This document shows positions 38,281 through 48,207 of a DNA stretch of 64,000 bases, one piece after another; position 1 is the first letter of the stretch, and the number at the start of each line of letters is the position of its first letter. The position numbers and the translations under genes were made by a program. The notes under the pieces were generated by a model that did not search any database, was not told where the DNA came from, and saw only the letters and a program-made list of their open reading frames with translations. Location of the stretch: contig CAVOLF010000005.1 of NCBI GenBank assembly GCA_963696805.1, positions 302,624 to 366,623 of the forward strand, in the 5' to 3' direction. The stretch comes from an uncultured Rikenellaceae bacterium (lineage in GTDB: Bacteria > Bacteroidota > Bacteroidia > Bacteroidales > VadinHA17).

Positions 38281-38405
38281 AACCCACATGATTGAACTCA
38301 AACACGTATGAAATCAATTCATTTTCAACCGGGCGCCTCGGGTTCGATGAAGGCAATCATGTGCGATTTAATCCGACCTTTAAGATTAAATTAAATACGG
38401 ATGAT

Positions 38406-39872
38406 ATGAAAACCAGGGCAATCTGTTTATCAGCTTTTCTTCTTGGAGCCCTGCTCCAGTTACAGGCAAAGGATTACAATGCGTCATTGTTCGGAGTTCA
38501 GTCTAACGGCACAACATTGAATACCAATTCAATACAGAAGGGCATAGACTATATCAGCGAAAACGGCGGCGGACGGCTGGTCTTTTATGTGGGCAGGTAC
38601 CTGACGGGGACCATCTATCTCAAGTCAAATGTCACCATTCAGCTTGAGGAGGGGGCCATCCTGGTCGGTTCGGTCAACCCGTTTGACTATGAGATGAACT
38701 TTAACTGGACCGCTCTCATCTTTGCCCTTGACCAGGAGAATATAGGCATAACCGGCAAGGGAGTGATTGACGGACAGGGGTTCCAGGTAGCTTACAACCT
38801 TGTTGACATGATACACAAGGGTGTAGTCAAGGACCCGCTGAAATATGACCGGCCGCGCGAGACCATCCGGCCTCAGAATATTTATTTCAGGAGCTGCAGA
38901 AACATCATAATAAAAGATATCATGCTGAAGGATCCCGGCAGCTGGAACCAACAGTACGACCAGTGCCGTAACCTGGTTATCGACAACATCACCGTCGACA
39001 GCAAGTCATACTGGAACAATGACGGAGTGGATATTGTCGACTGCGACAGCGTTGTGGTGTCAAATTCCTACTTTGATGCTGCCGATGACGGCATCTGCCT
39101 TAAGTCGCACAGCGCCAGCTTTGTCTGTCAGAACGTTTACATTTACAACAATACCGTCAGGACCAGCGCCAACGGAATTAAATTCGGCACGGTGGGACAT
39201 GGCGGATTCAGGAATATACGCATCGTTAACAACCTTGTGTTTGACACATACAGGTCGGCGATAACCTTTGCAGCCGTAGACGGAGGCTTCGTGGAAAACA
39301 TTGTGGTCGACAGCCTGAGATCTATAAACACAGGTAATGTTATTTTCCTGAGGATAGGTGAGAGGAGTGCAGGAAAGAAGGGGCGTATGAGCGGCGTGAC
39401 CATTTCGAATCTCTATGCCGAGGTGCCTGCGACCAAGCCTGATGCCGGGTATAACTACGAGGGTCCGGTCGAGGACCTGCCGCGGAACATTTCACCCTCG
39501 TCGATTGTGGGGATGCCTGACGCCATGATTGAAAACATCACGTTGAAAAACATAGAGATACATTATCCCGGAGGCGGGAACCCGAATTATGCCAGGGTGG
39601 GGCTTGACGAGCTCGACAAGGTGCCTGAAATGGGTGCCAGTTATCCTGAGTTCTCAATGTTTAAGGAACTGCCGGCATGGGGATTTTATATTAGACACGC
39701 AAAGGGTATTACTTTTGAGAATGTAAAACTGGTGTGTGAAAAGAAGGATTACCGCACTGCAGTTGTGCTTGACGATGTTCACGGGGCAACCTTCAAAGAC
39801 CTGAAGGTGTCAGAACCCGGAGGCAGGAAGGATCCGGTATTCCATAATAATTCCACCGGTGTAAAACTGTAA
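38406..39872 (+). CDS. GH28 polygalacturonase-like glycoside hydrolase
   Basis: Signal peptide; YLTGTIYLKSNV, NNDGVDI, ADDGICLKS, NGIKFGT, LPAWGFYIRHA. Confidence 0.9.
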   Translation: MKTRAICLSAFLLGALLQLQAKDYNASLFGVQSNGTTLNTNSIQKGIDYISENGGGRLVFYVGRYLTGTIYLKSNVTIQLEEGAILVGSVNPFDYEMNFNWTALIFALDQENIGITGKGVIDGQGFQVAYNLVDMIHKGVVKDPLKYDRPRETIRPQNIYFRSCRNIIIKDIMLKDPGSWNQQYDQCRNLVIDNITVDSKSYWNNDGVDIVDCDSVVVSNSYFDAADDGICLKSHSASFVCQNVYIYNNTVRTSANGIKFGTVGHGGFRNIRIVNNLVFDTYRSAITFAAVDGGFVENIVVDSLRSINTGNVIFLRIGERSAGKKGRMSGVTISNLYAEVPATKPDAGYNYEGPVEDLPRNISPSSIVGMPDAMIENITLKNIEIHYPGGGNPNYARVGLDELDKVPEMGASYPEFSMFKELPAWGFYIRHAKGITFENVKLVCEKKDYRTAVVLDDVHGATFKDLKVSEPGGRKDPVFHNNSTGVKL

Positions 39873-39985
39873 CAAGGGGTACCGGGACCTCTCTCAATTT
39901 TTTATTTCGCGCCTGTTGGTGCCTTTCCCAGAGAAATTTTCTATTTTAGCTAACCTTAATTTTATTGAAAAAACTCCTACAACCT

Positions 39986-40757
39986 ATGGAATCAAGCGAT
40001 CAGTACAATTTCAGTATTTTCAGTCCACGTAACCGGCATGGCAAGAAGAACAGGAATGTCATCTTCACCATGCTTGCCATATGGGCAGTGGCGGTATTCG
40101 GCTTCCAGATCCTCCTGCGGGTGATTGAGAAGCCTGTACCGGAAAAGTCTCTTACACTGTTTGAAGCAGAGTGGGCAGATGTTACCGGCGGAAACAGTGA
40201 TCAGGCAGATTATCAGACTCTTCTCGGCTCACTCCTGATGGCAAGGGGGAAGATTACGGTTGCGGCAGCTGATCAGCAGCTGCTCTCCGCAGCAATCAGC
40301 AACGTTACATTCACCCTGGTGCCTGATTCTGTAAGGCCTTTGCTCAGTGAGAAGGTTTCGGAGCTTGAGGTTATGCACACTGACATTTCGACCTTAAAGG
40401 GCCAGTCGTATATGGATCTCAAATTCCGCATACAGGACGCCAGCGACGGGGTCATTACAATGCTGGAGCCATTTACAGGATACGGTACAGTCAGTCTTGA
40501 GGCCGCAATTTTGTCTGCGAGCCTGTCAGAAGGTTTATCCTGAGTCTCTTGACGATTCATCATTTGACCGCTTGCCCGGGCGATGAAACTTATATCTTAC
40601 TCATAATCAGTCAGTTCTTACCGATACAAGGTTTCTGGGATTCCCATTCCATTATTTTTATACAGCAGTCTTTCTGCTGATACTGTTTGTGGTACTGTGT
40701 ATAGTATATAATATATTGATAGAGTGGCGATTAAATAAGGAAGGCATTGTTGAATAA
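39986..40757 (+). pseudogene. DUF4212-like membrane partner of the solute symporter; frameshifted as assembled (about 3 single-base indels at 40530-40595)
   Basis: N-terminal RNVIFTMLAIWAVAVFGFQILL; the reading continues in another frame as YLTHNQSVLTDTRFLGFPFHYFYTAVFLLILFVVLCIVYN...IVE* ending at 40757. Confidence 0.72.
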
Positions 40758-40775
40758 GATAATTTGCAGAAAAAA

Positions 40776-42458
40776 ATGAAAAAGTTATATTTCACATTAT
40801 TCTTCGTCTTTTCGGGGATATATTTCATTGAAGTGCACAGAATCTGACCCAACTGGAGGGCAGCTTTAAAACAGGTCCGGCCATAATTCTTATTGCAATC
40901 CTGGTAACATTTGTTCTGGTAGGGATCTTCTTCCGGGCAAAGGATCCGGCTGACTATTATGCTGCCGGCAGGAAGATATCAAGAGTCGGTTCAGGTATGG
41001 CTATTGCATCAAACTGGATGAGTGCTGCTTCGGTGCTGGGCATGGCAGGTATGATGTACGGTTTCGGGTACAACGGTCTGGCTTATGTGGTAGGCTGGAC
41101 AGGAGGTTATGTTTTGCTGCTGATTCTTATGGCTGCCCAGATACGTAAATACGGTAAATATACGGCACCTGATTTTATTGGTGACCGGTATTATTCGCGT
41201 GACCTGAGAATTGTCAGCGCCATTTTTACAATTCTGATTTCATTTGCCTATTGTGTTGGCCAGTTTGGTGGTATAGGCCTGATGTTCAAATGGATTCTGG
41301 GACTTAATTATACCTGGGCAGTAATTATAGGTTCATCGGTGGTCTTGTTATACACTCTGATCTCAGGTATGATCGGAGCAACAAAAAATATGCAGATACA
41401 GTATGTAATTATTGTGATTTCATTTCTGATCCCGGTATTTATAATGGCATTCAAGTTTGATTATTTCTGGCTCTTGCCCCAGATTGGCTATGGTGCAGCC
41501 GTAACTGATATAGTTCAGGGTATCCCTGCCCCCAATATATCGGACGGAGTGGCTCTGCTGAATGCCTACGGACATGATTTTGCAATTGTGCCCAGCCCTG
41601 AATTTGCAATGCCATGGGATCCGTCAACCGGCACAACCTTCTTCCAGTGGATGGCAATCTGTTTTTCGCTGATGGTAGGCACTGCAGGACTGCCTCATGT
41701 GATTCAGCGCTTTTATGTGGTTCCGAAAGTAACTGATGCACAGATGGTCAGTTGTATGGGGTCTGTTCTTTATTTGTCTTGTATACTGGACAGCCCCTGC
41801 ATATTCAACATTCGGCAAGCTCCTCTCTTCAAATCCCGAGGTCGGGGTCCTGGCCAAGGATGCAATTGTGGTTTATACTGCTCAGCTTGGAGGTGTCAAC
41901 TCACTTGATCGTTGGATTACTGGCGGCCGGAGCGATTTCTGCAGCTTTTTCAACCGTTTCAGGCCTTCTTGTGGCCGGAGCATCAGCCTTTTCGCACGAT
42001 CTTTATGTGAAGGTTATTAACCCCTCCTCCACCCCCAAGCAGCAGCTGAAGATTGCCAGGATAGGTACGGTTATCATGGCCTTGCTGTTACTATTGTTGC
42101 TCTCATGAAGCTGGGGCTTATAGCACAGCTTGTTTCCGTCGCATTTTCAATGGCCGCCTGTACGATTTTTCCTCTGTTCCTCCTTGGAATCTGGTGGAGC
42201 GGGTCAAACCGGGCAGGGGCAAAGGCCGGGTTGTTTGCCGGAAGTCTTGTCACGGTCATATCACTGACCTATTTTATCGTTGGCCTAAGCGGAGGCAGCC
42301 TTCCGGGGCAGGCCTTTATCTCATACTGGCTGAATGTGTGGTATTTCGCATGGATCGGTGCACCACTGGCAATAGTTGTAAATATTGTTGTTTCAAAATT
42401 TACCAAACCCACTCCTCTTGAAATCAAGAAGTTTCTCGCAGAGCAGGTGCATAATTGA
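40776..42458 (+). pseudogene. Sodium:solute symporter, ActP (cation/acetate)-like; frameshifted as assembled (about 5 indels)
   Basis: DYYAAGRKI, GMAIASNWMSAAS.LG, GWTGGY, YGKYTAPDFIGDRY, GTAGLPHVIQRFY, AGAISAAFSTVSGLL, FSHDLY; the fragments join across four ORFs. Confidence 0.88.
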
Positions 42459-43234
42459 TGAGTTTAAAGGATCTGATAGTTATATCTCCAGGTACAAGGA
42501 AAATTCTGGCGATCACCATTTCGGTCGCAGTGCTGGCAGTAATTTTTGCTTTCTTCTATTACCGCTCGGTAAACAGGTCAGCTGACCCTCGGGTTGCGGA
42601 AGCCCGCAGATATATGTCCGAATATGACAGGGTGGCCGGCGGAACGGACAGCTATACCTGGTTTCATCTCCTCGATTCTGCCGGCCTGGTTTATCAGAGT
42701 GTTCCCGGTTACATGACCTCATGGGAGAACGGTGTGATCTATAACAACAAGTGCAGCGGACTGTTACTGATGGCCTTGTATGACAGCACAATGACAGAAC
42801 CTGAGAAGGAGAGCCTCCTGGAACTATCGGTCACATACTGTGACAGCAGCATTGCAGTTTATAAGCGGTGGCTGGATGAATGGGGAGAACTGCCTGATGA
42901 GGAGGTTGCCAGGCGCGTGAATGATGAAATGAATGAAAACGACGTTGCATTTGCCGGGCTTAACTACAGAAGAATATCCGGAAAGAGGGTCAGCGATATA
43001 ATGCTGGCCCGCATTGAAACGCCCAGAAGGCTCTCCGTGAGCTACACCAACAAGGCCACGGCATACCGCCATCTGATGATGCAGGACTCGGCACTTGTCT
43101 ATTATAACAGGGCTCTCACACTGTGGAAGGATAACCGGACGGCAGAGAGCAACCTTAGCGTACTCCTCGGAGGCGAGCCGGTGAAACCGGGTCTCATAAA
43201 GACTCTTTTTCCGCCTGACAGAAAGAAAAAATGA
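42458..43234 (+). CDS. Membrane-anchored TPR-like protein
   Basis: N-terminal TM segment; SVSYTNKATAYRH...ALVYYNRALTLW.DN.TAESNL; TGATG overlap with the symporter stop. Confidence 0.75.
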   Translation: MSLKDLIVISPGTRKILAITISVAVLAVIFAFFYYRSVNRSADPRVAEARRYMSEYDRVAGGTDSYTWFHLLDSAGLVYQSVPGYMTSWENGVIYNNKCSGLLLMALYDSTMTEPEKESLLELSVTYCDSSIAVYKRWLDEWGELPDEEVARRVNDEMNENDVAFAGLNYRRISGKRVSDIMLARIETPRRLSVSYTNKATAYRHLMMQDSALVYYNRALTLWKDNRTAESNLSVLLGGEPVKPGLIKTLFPPDRKKK

Positions 43235-43293
43235 GAACCATGTATAACTTTATCCGTTAGTCTGGTTGTAAACAGTAACTAAAGCAAGTTAAT

Positions 43294-44532
43294 ATGAAAA
43301 GGGCAACTGTTCTGATTATTGCATTTATTTTAACCGTGGTTAAGATTGGGGCACAGGATGCCGAAAAGAATTATGGCATTAAATTCTCCGGGTTCGTAAA
43401 GACAGATATTTTTTATGACTCCAGGCAGTCATCCGCCTCCAACGGACTGAGGGAAGGGCACTTTTTCCTCTATCCGGATGATGTGCTGTATGATGAGGAC
43501 ATGAATGATCTTAATGCCAATCCATCTTTTCATATTCTAAACATACAGACAAGGATACGCGGTGACATAACCGGGCCTGATGCTTTCGGAGCAAAGACTT
43601 CGGGTGCGATTGAAGCCGAGTTTTTTGGTACCAGTGATAGTGACCTGAACGGGTTCAGACTCCGCCATGCTTATGTAAAGATGGATTGGCAGAAGTTCAG
43701 TCTGCTTGCCGGACAGTACTGGCATCCTATGTTTCCTGCCGAGAATTTCCCGGGAACAGTAAGCTTCAATACCGGGGTTCCATTTCTTCCGTTCAGCCGT
43801 AACCCGCAGGTCAGGCTCGTATGGTTTCCGGGCAAAGTAAGCTTTACCCTTACGGCATACTCGCAGCGCGACTTCACCTCATCAGGGCCTGACGGCAACA
43901 GCAGCAAGTATCTGAGAAACAGCGGTACGCCGGGGATGCATCTCCAGGTAAAGATGCCTGCTGGAGAATACCTGACCGCCTGGGCCGGGGCAGATTGGAA
44001 GACGATCAGGCCTGAGATCAGGACCCCGGCAAATATCGAAACCAGTACCAGAGTGGGCAGCATAGCCGCTTTTGCCGGTTTGAAAATCAAAACCAAACCC
44101 CTGAACTTATCCGTTATGGGAACATACGGAGAGAATGCCAGTGACATGATGATGATTGGCGGTTATGCCGTGTCTCAAATAACAGATCCGGTTGATCAGC
44201 TCAAAGAATGGACAACGCTGAACACTGCGGGATTCTGGATTGATCTGAGCACCAATGGTAAGAGAGCAGTTGCCGGTCTTTTTTCGGGCTACAGCAAAAA
44301 TCTCGGTTCGCGGGAAACCGTTATGGGCAATGTGTACGGCCGGGGCAGCAATATTGACCACCTGTTCCGGGTATCTCCGAGGTTAACGATCACCGAGGGA
44401 AAGCTGAGCATTGCGGCGGAGCTTGAGAGCACTCTTGCAGCCTACGGAACCATGGAAGGTGACGGCAGGGTGTCAGATACCCGTAATGTCACAAATGTGC
44501 GTCTGCTGGTCAGTCTGATATACCGGTTTTAG
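43294..44532 (+). CDS. DcaP-like outer membrane porin
   Basis: Signal peptide; FSGFVKTDIFYDSR, IEAEFFG, FRLRHAYV, LLAGQYW, RNPQVRL; C-terminal YRF. Confidence 0.78.
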   Translation: MKRATVLIIAFILTVVKIGAQDAEKNYGIKFSGFVKTDIFYDSRQSSASNGLREGHFFLYPDDVLYDEDMNDLNANPSFHILNIQTRIRGDITGPDAFGAKTSGAIEAEFFGTSDSDLNGFRLRHAYVKMDWQKFSLLAGQYWHPMFPAENFPGTVSFNTGVPFLPFSRNPQVRLVWFPGKVSFTLTAYSQRDFTSSGPDGNSSKYLRNSGTPGMHLQVKMPAGEYLTAWAGADWKTIRPEIRTPANIETSTRVGSIAAFAGLKIKTKPLNLSVMGTYGENASDMMMIGGYAVSQITDPVDQLKEWTTLNTAGFWIDLSTNGKRAVAGLFSGYSKNLGSRETVMGNVYGRGSNIDHLFRVSPRLTITEGKLSIAAELESTLAAYGTMEGDGRVSDTRNVTNVRLLVSLIYRF

Positions 44533-47390
44533 ATGGTAACGGAATGGAAATCATTCCCCGCCTTAAGAACAAGGTTATTTATATCGTCTATTGCCCTGGC
44601 AGCCAGGAATTGCATATCTGCGTACCTTACCCTGAAATCAACCTTGTTATCCGGTTCCCGGCCGCTGTTAATGCATGATGCCTGATGCGAAAGACGAATG
44701 TATGCAAGGTCTTTCCATACTCTCAGCGCATCTCGGAGAAGCTCCGGGCTGATATGTTTTCCCGCATGCAGCTCAAGTATCCTGTCAACCGTTGAGAGAC
44801 CCTCAAGTCCGTGTTTCAGGGAATAAAGGCGAATTACCCCTGTGAGCGGCATAAGCAGTCTCTTGATATCGGTTGTCTCTTCGGAAAGGACTGAATGTGA
44901 GGGATTGAATTGTTTCAGTGCCATCGACATATGGTAGAAGAAGATGTCGCTTGTCTGAAGGCTTGTTTTTACATATTCCCTCAGTTCATTGCTGAGAGCA
45001 ACATCTCCGTAACAGAACCTGAAGTCGAAAAATATGCTGACGTCAAGTATCTCTGAAGGGCCGGGCATCCTTATCCAGTCTGAGAAGTAGCCCTTCCATC
45101 TGTCGATCGGCTGGCACCATTTCGGGTTACCTGCCATGTTGTTTCCCTTGCAAAGATGGAATCCGACAGTGTCAAGCATGTCATTTATTCTTTTCCCCAG
45201 TGAAAGGAAGTATTCTGACGCTTTTTTCAGCCCCTCTCCATCGAGGTTTTCGTAGATAATGGCATTATCCTGGTCTGTAAGAAAGCTTTGTTCCCTGCGG
45301 CCGGCGCTGCCTGTCTGGATAAAGGCAAAACTGCACGGGGGTTTACCTGCAGCCTCTATGCAAAGATCAACCACTCTGGCACATATGGCGTCGGCGATGG
45401 AAGAGATGTGCACCATCAGCGAGTGAGGGTCTGCATGGCCGGGCACCATTGCCAGGGTTGCCTTATGACTGTCGTGATATATCTTTTTGAGGCTGATGGC
45501 CGAGCCTGCACAGGCTATATCATTCATGATCAAACCCGGGGCTACGGAAGAGGCATATGCAAGCTCCGCATTTGTTATCATACCTGTAAGCTTGCCGTCA
45601 GCGGTTACTACAAGGAGGCATCCGGTTGTGCTGTTCCTGATTTTCTCCATAGCTGCGGCTACTTTTGCATCTTCCCTGATAAATAGGGGTGGTGCCTGCA
45701 TGAACCTGAAAATCTCGGTGACGGGCGGAGCGCCCTCAGCTATCGCGGAGCCTATACTGCCGGCATCAGCCACGCCCATGGCATCATCCGAACTGTTCAG
45801 GACTATTATGATGCCGGTTTTAGCCTCCTTCATAAGTGATACAGCTCTTGTAAGGGGGGTATTTTCGGGGCAGGTGAGAGGGGGTTTCATTATGGCTGAA
45901 ACGGGTGCTCCGGTGATGTATGAGGAACCAAAGGCGTCATTACCCGAAAGAGGGAGTGCCGAACCAGAAGAGGAGGCAGACAGGTATTCAATGCTTCCGT
46001 CATACCATTTCTCATCAGTGCCGTTATCGGTAAAGATGACGGTCACAAGAGTCCAGACCCCGGTGCCATTCTTCCTCCTGAGAAGCACCTCCATGTTGGA
46101 TATGTTACGGCCGTTTCCGAGCGCGTGCCTGATATGCTCGAACTGGTGGGGATCAGCAAACAATGCTTCAAGGTTTTGCTGATGAAGTTCCTTCAGGTCA
46201 GAGTACCCGATAATATTCAGTGCCGGGGCGGTTGCATGGATGAATTTCGGTTTTTTCCCGTATGTGATCCGGAAAAACCCTGTTGCCGCACTCTCAAGGA
46301 GTGATGCGGGCAACTGCAGGCCGGAAGCTGAAGACAGGCTGTGGGCGGGCCTGACAACGATAAGCACCCCCTGCCGGTCGCCAAAAGTGATCCTCGACAG
46401 ATCGGTATGACAGGAGATCTGCCTTCCGGTGCTGGTTTTAAGCGTGCACTCGACATATTGCCTGGTGGTCAGTTCTTCATACAATTTCCCGGGACTATCA
46501 GGATCAATGATCGCTTGTGAGCTAAGGATTTCTGAGATGGGCCGGTCAAGGATCTCCTCCCCGGTGAACCCGATCCATGAAAGTAAAGTTTTATTGGCCT
46601 GCAATCCCTGATCGGACCATATTATCACCCCTTCGGAGGCAGCCTCGGCAAGTGTTCTGTAGAGTTCCCTAGATTTACGGAGCTCCTCTTCGGCCCGGCT
46701 TCTCTTCTGTTCTATTTTATGGCTCTGCCTCGAAATTGCAAACAAAAGGGCGAAAATGACGAGGCCAAAGACCCCGGATATGGCAAGAGCCTTGATCTCC
46801 ATACTCCGTATCTCTGTACGGACATCTTCAATATATATGCCTGTGCCGATGACCCATCCCCATGGCTCGAACAGCCTGACATAGGACAGTTTGGGAACAA
46901 TACGGGTAGAGTCGTCATTCCATTGCCACATATACTCAACATAACTCTCACCGTTGTCAGCGACGGCCTTTACAAATTCAACAAAGATGGCCTTGCCCCC
47001 GGAGTCATGAAAATCTGTCAGATCCTGCCCGTTAAGATCAGGCCGGTAGGGGTGAGCAATCATTACCGGATGCCTGTCAGTGATCCAGAAATAGTCTTTC
47101 AGGTCGTCACCATACCTTATCGTGTTGATAGCGGCCCTGGCCTGATCCTGTGCTTCCGGCCCCTCAAGCGCACCGCCTTTTTCAAGCGAGTGGTAGTGCT
47201 CCAGAAGACTGTAAGCTGAAGCGGTCATTTCATGAATAAGGATTCTTTTCCGATCCATCATGACCTTTTCAAAGCCCGGGATCAGGTAGAGGAAGATCAT
47301 TCCGGCAAAGAGTATTACAGCTGACAGTGCCGGAAGGTCTATCTTAAGCAGGAACAGCTTTCTCTTTCCTTTTGCAGGGGTCTCTTTCAT
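44529..47390 (-). CDS. Membrane sensor nucleotidyltransferase: TM-sCache_2-TM-PAS-PAS-CBS-CBS-DUF294/DUF294_C
   Basis: Cache: YFWI...MIAHP...KLSYVRLFEPWGWVIGTGIY; PAS-like: YRTLAEAASEGVII and LRRKNGTGVW; CBS: VSAIM...GMIT..EL; NTase: GSAGRREQSFLTDQDNAIIY, CKGNNMAGNPKWC, SIFFDFR, DIK...IRLYSL. Confidence 0.88.
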   Translation of the reverse strand: MKETPAKGKRKLFLLKIDLPALSAVILFAGMIFLYLIPGFEKVMMDRKRILIHEMTASAYSLLEHYHSLEKGGALEGPEAQDQARAAINTIRYGDDLKDYFWITDRHPVMIAHPYRPDLNGQDLTDFHDSGGKAIFVEFVKAVADNGESYVEYMWQWNDDSTRIVPKLSYVRLFEPWGWVIGTGIYIEDVRTEIRSMEIKALAISGVFGLVIFALLFAISRQSHKIEQKRSRAEEELRKSRELYRTLAEAASEGVIIWSDQGLQANKTLLSWIGFTGEEILDRPISEILSSQAIIDPDSPGKLYEELTTRQYVECTLKTSTGRQISCHTDLSRITFGDRQGVLIVVRPAHSLSSASGLQLPASLLESAATGFFRITYGKKPKFIHATAPALNIIGYSDLKELHQQNLEALFADPHQFEHIRHALGNGRNISNMEVLLRRKNGTGVWTLVTVIFTDNGTDEKWYDGSIEYLSASSSGSALPLSGNDAFGSSYITGAPVSAIMKPPLTCPENTPLTRAVSLMKEAKTGIIIVLNSSDDAMGVADAGSIGSAIAEGAPPVTEIFRFMQAPPLFIREDAKVAAAMEKIRNSTTGCLLVVTADGKLTGMITNAELAYASSVAPGLIMNDIACAGSAISLKKIYHDSHKATLAMVPGHADPHSLMVHISSIADAICARVVDLCIEAAGKPPCSFAFIQTGSAGRREQSFLTDQDNAIIYENLDGEGLKKASEYFLSLGKRINDMLDTVGFHLCKGNNMAGNPKWCQPIDRWKGYFSDWIRMPGPSEILDVSIFFDFRFCYGDVALSNELREYVKTSLQTSDIFFYHMSMALKQFNPSHSVLSEETTDIKRLLMPLTGVIRLYSLKHGLEGLSTVDRILELHAGKHISPELLRDALRVWKDLAYIRLSHQASCINSGREPDNKVDFRVRYADMQFLAARAIDDINNLVLKAGNDFHSVTI

Positions 47391-47399
47391 AATCTTGCA

Positions 47400-48170
47400 C
47401 TAAGTGACTTTTTCATGCATCAGGTTTAACATCCTTGTGTCAGTGTCGATTACCGAAAATGAGGTTCTTCCGTTGCCTCCCGTCACCGGGGGCAGCAAAA
47501 TCATTGTCATCTCGTGCCCCAGGTAGATCCTGTCGTTCGGGACAGGATGAATAGCGCGCAGGAAGGAGAAAGGCCTGCGGTGCGAAAAGTATGCGAATGG
47601 TTTGTGTGAATGGCCTGACAGTGAGAAGTTTATGCCGTGATGGCTCATGAACTTCCACAGCTCACTTACATGATGCTGCTTTTCGACATACCTGGTAGTG
47701 GAGCCGGTGAAATCGGGGCATATGTAATGCGAAAGAAGAAGGTTTAGCCCGTTCTCGGATATAATGTCATATTCAGGGATTGCATTCAGGTAATCCATAT
47801 CCTCATCTCCCAGGTCATTCGGGTCTTCGCCGTCAAATGACCAGACGAGTCCCCGGGAGTCATTTCTTCTTTCTGAAGGAGACATTTGAAACCAGTTTTC
47901 AGGGTATTTGAAACCGTTTGACCAGGCGGGAAGCCTCATTGCCGCAAAAAGGTCATGGTTACCGGCCACCACCCAGCGGCATGATGACCTTATGAGAGAA
48001 ATGCACTGCCTGGCACTTCTCTGAAAGTGATAGTTATAGAATCTCCGGTCATACCCTGAGATATCACCAAGGCAGGCGAGCTCATCACACCGCTGCGAAT
48101 CCGCCATCTTCAGGACAGCCTCCAGCATTGTCACGTTTTCGTGGATGTCAGTGATTAATCCGATCTTCAT
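47400..48170 (-). CDS. Calcineurin-like metallophosphoesterase (YfcE-like)
   Basis: TDIHEN, LGDISGY, AGNHD and SGHSH motifs. Confidence 0.9.
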   Translation of the reverse strand: MKIGLITDIHENVTMLEAVLKMADSQRCDELACLGDISGYDRRFYNYHFQRSARQCISLIRSSCRWVVAGNHDLFAAMRLPAWSNGFKYPENWFQMSPSERRNDSRGLVWSFDGEDPNDLGDEDMDYLNAIPEYDIISENGLNLLLSHYICPDFTGSTTRYVEKQHHVSELWKFMSHHGINFSLSGHSHKPFAYFSHRRPFSFLRAIHPVPNDRIYLGHEMTMILLPPVTGGNGRTSFSVIDTDTRMLNLMHEKVT

Positions 48171-48207
48171 AAGCAGGGTGTAACGGGGGGCCTTTGCCAG
48201 ACTTCCT

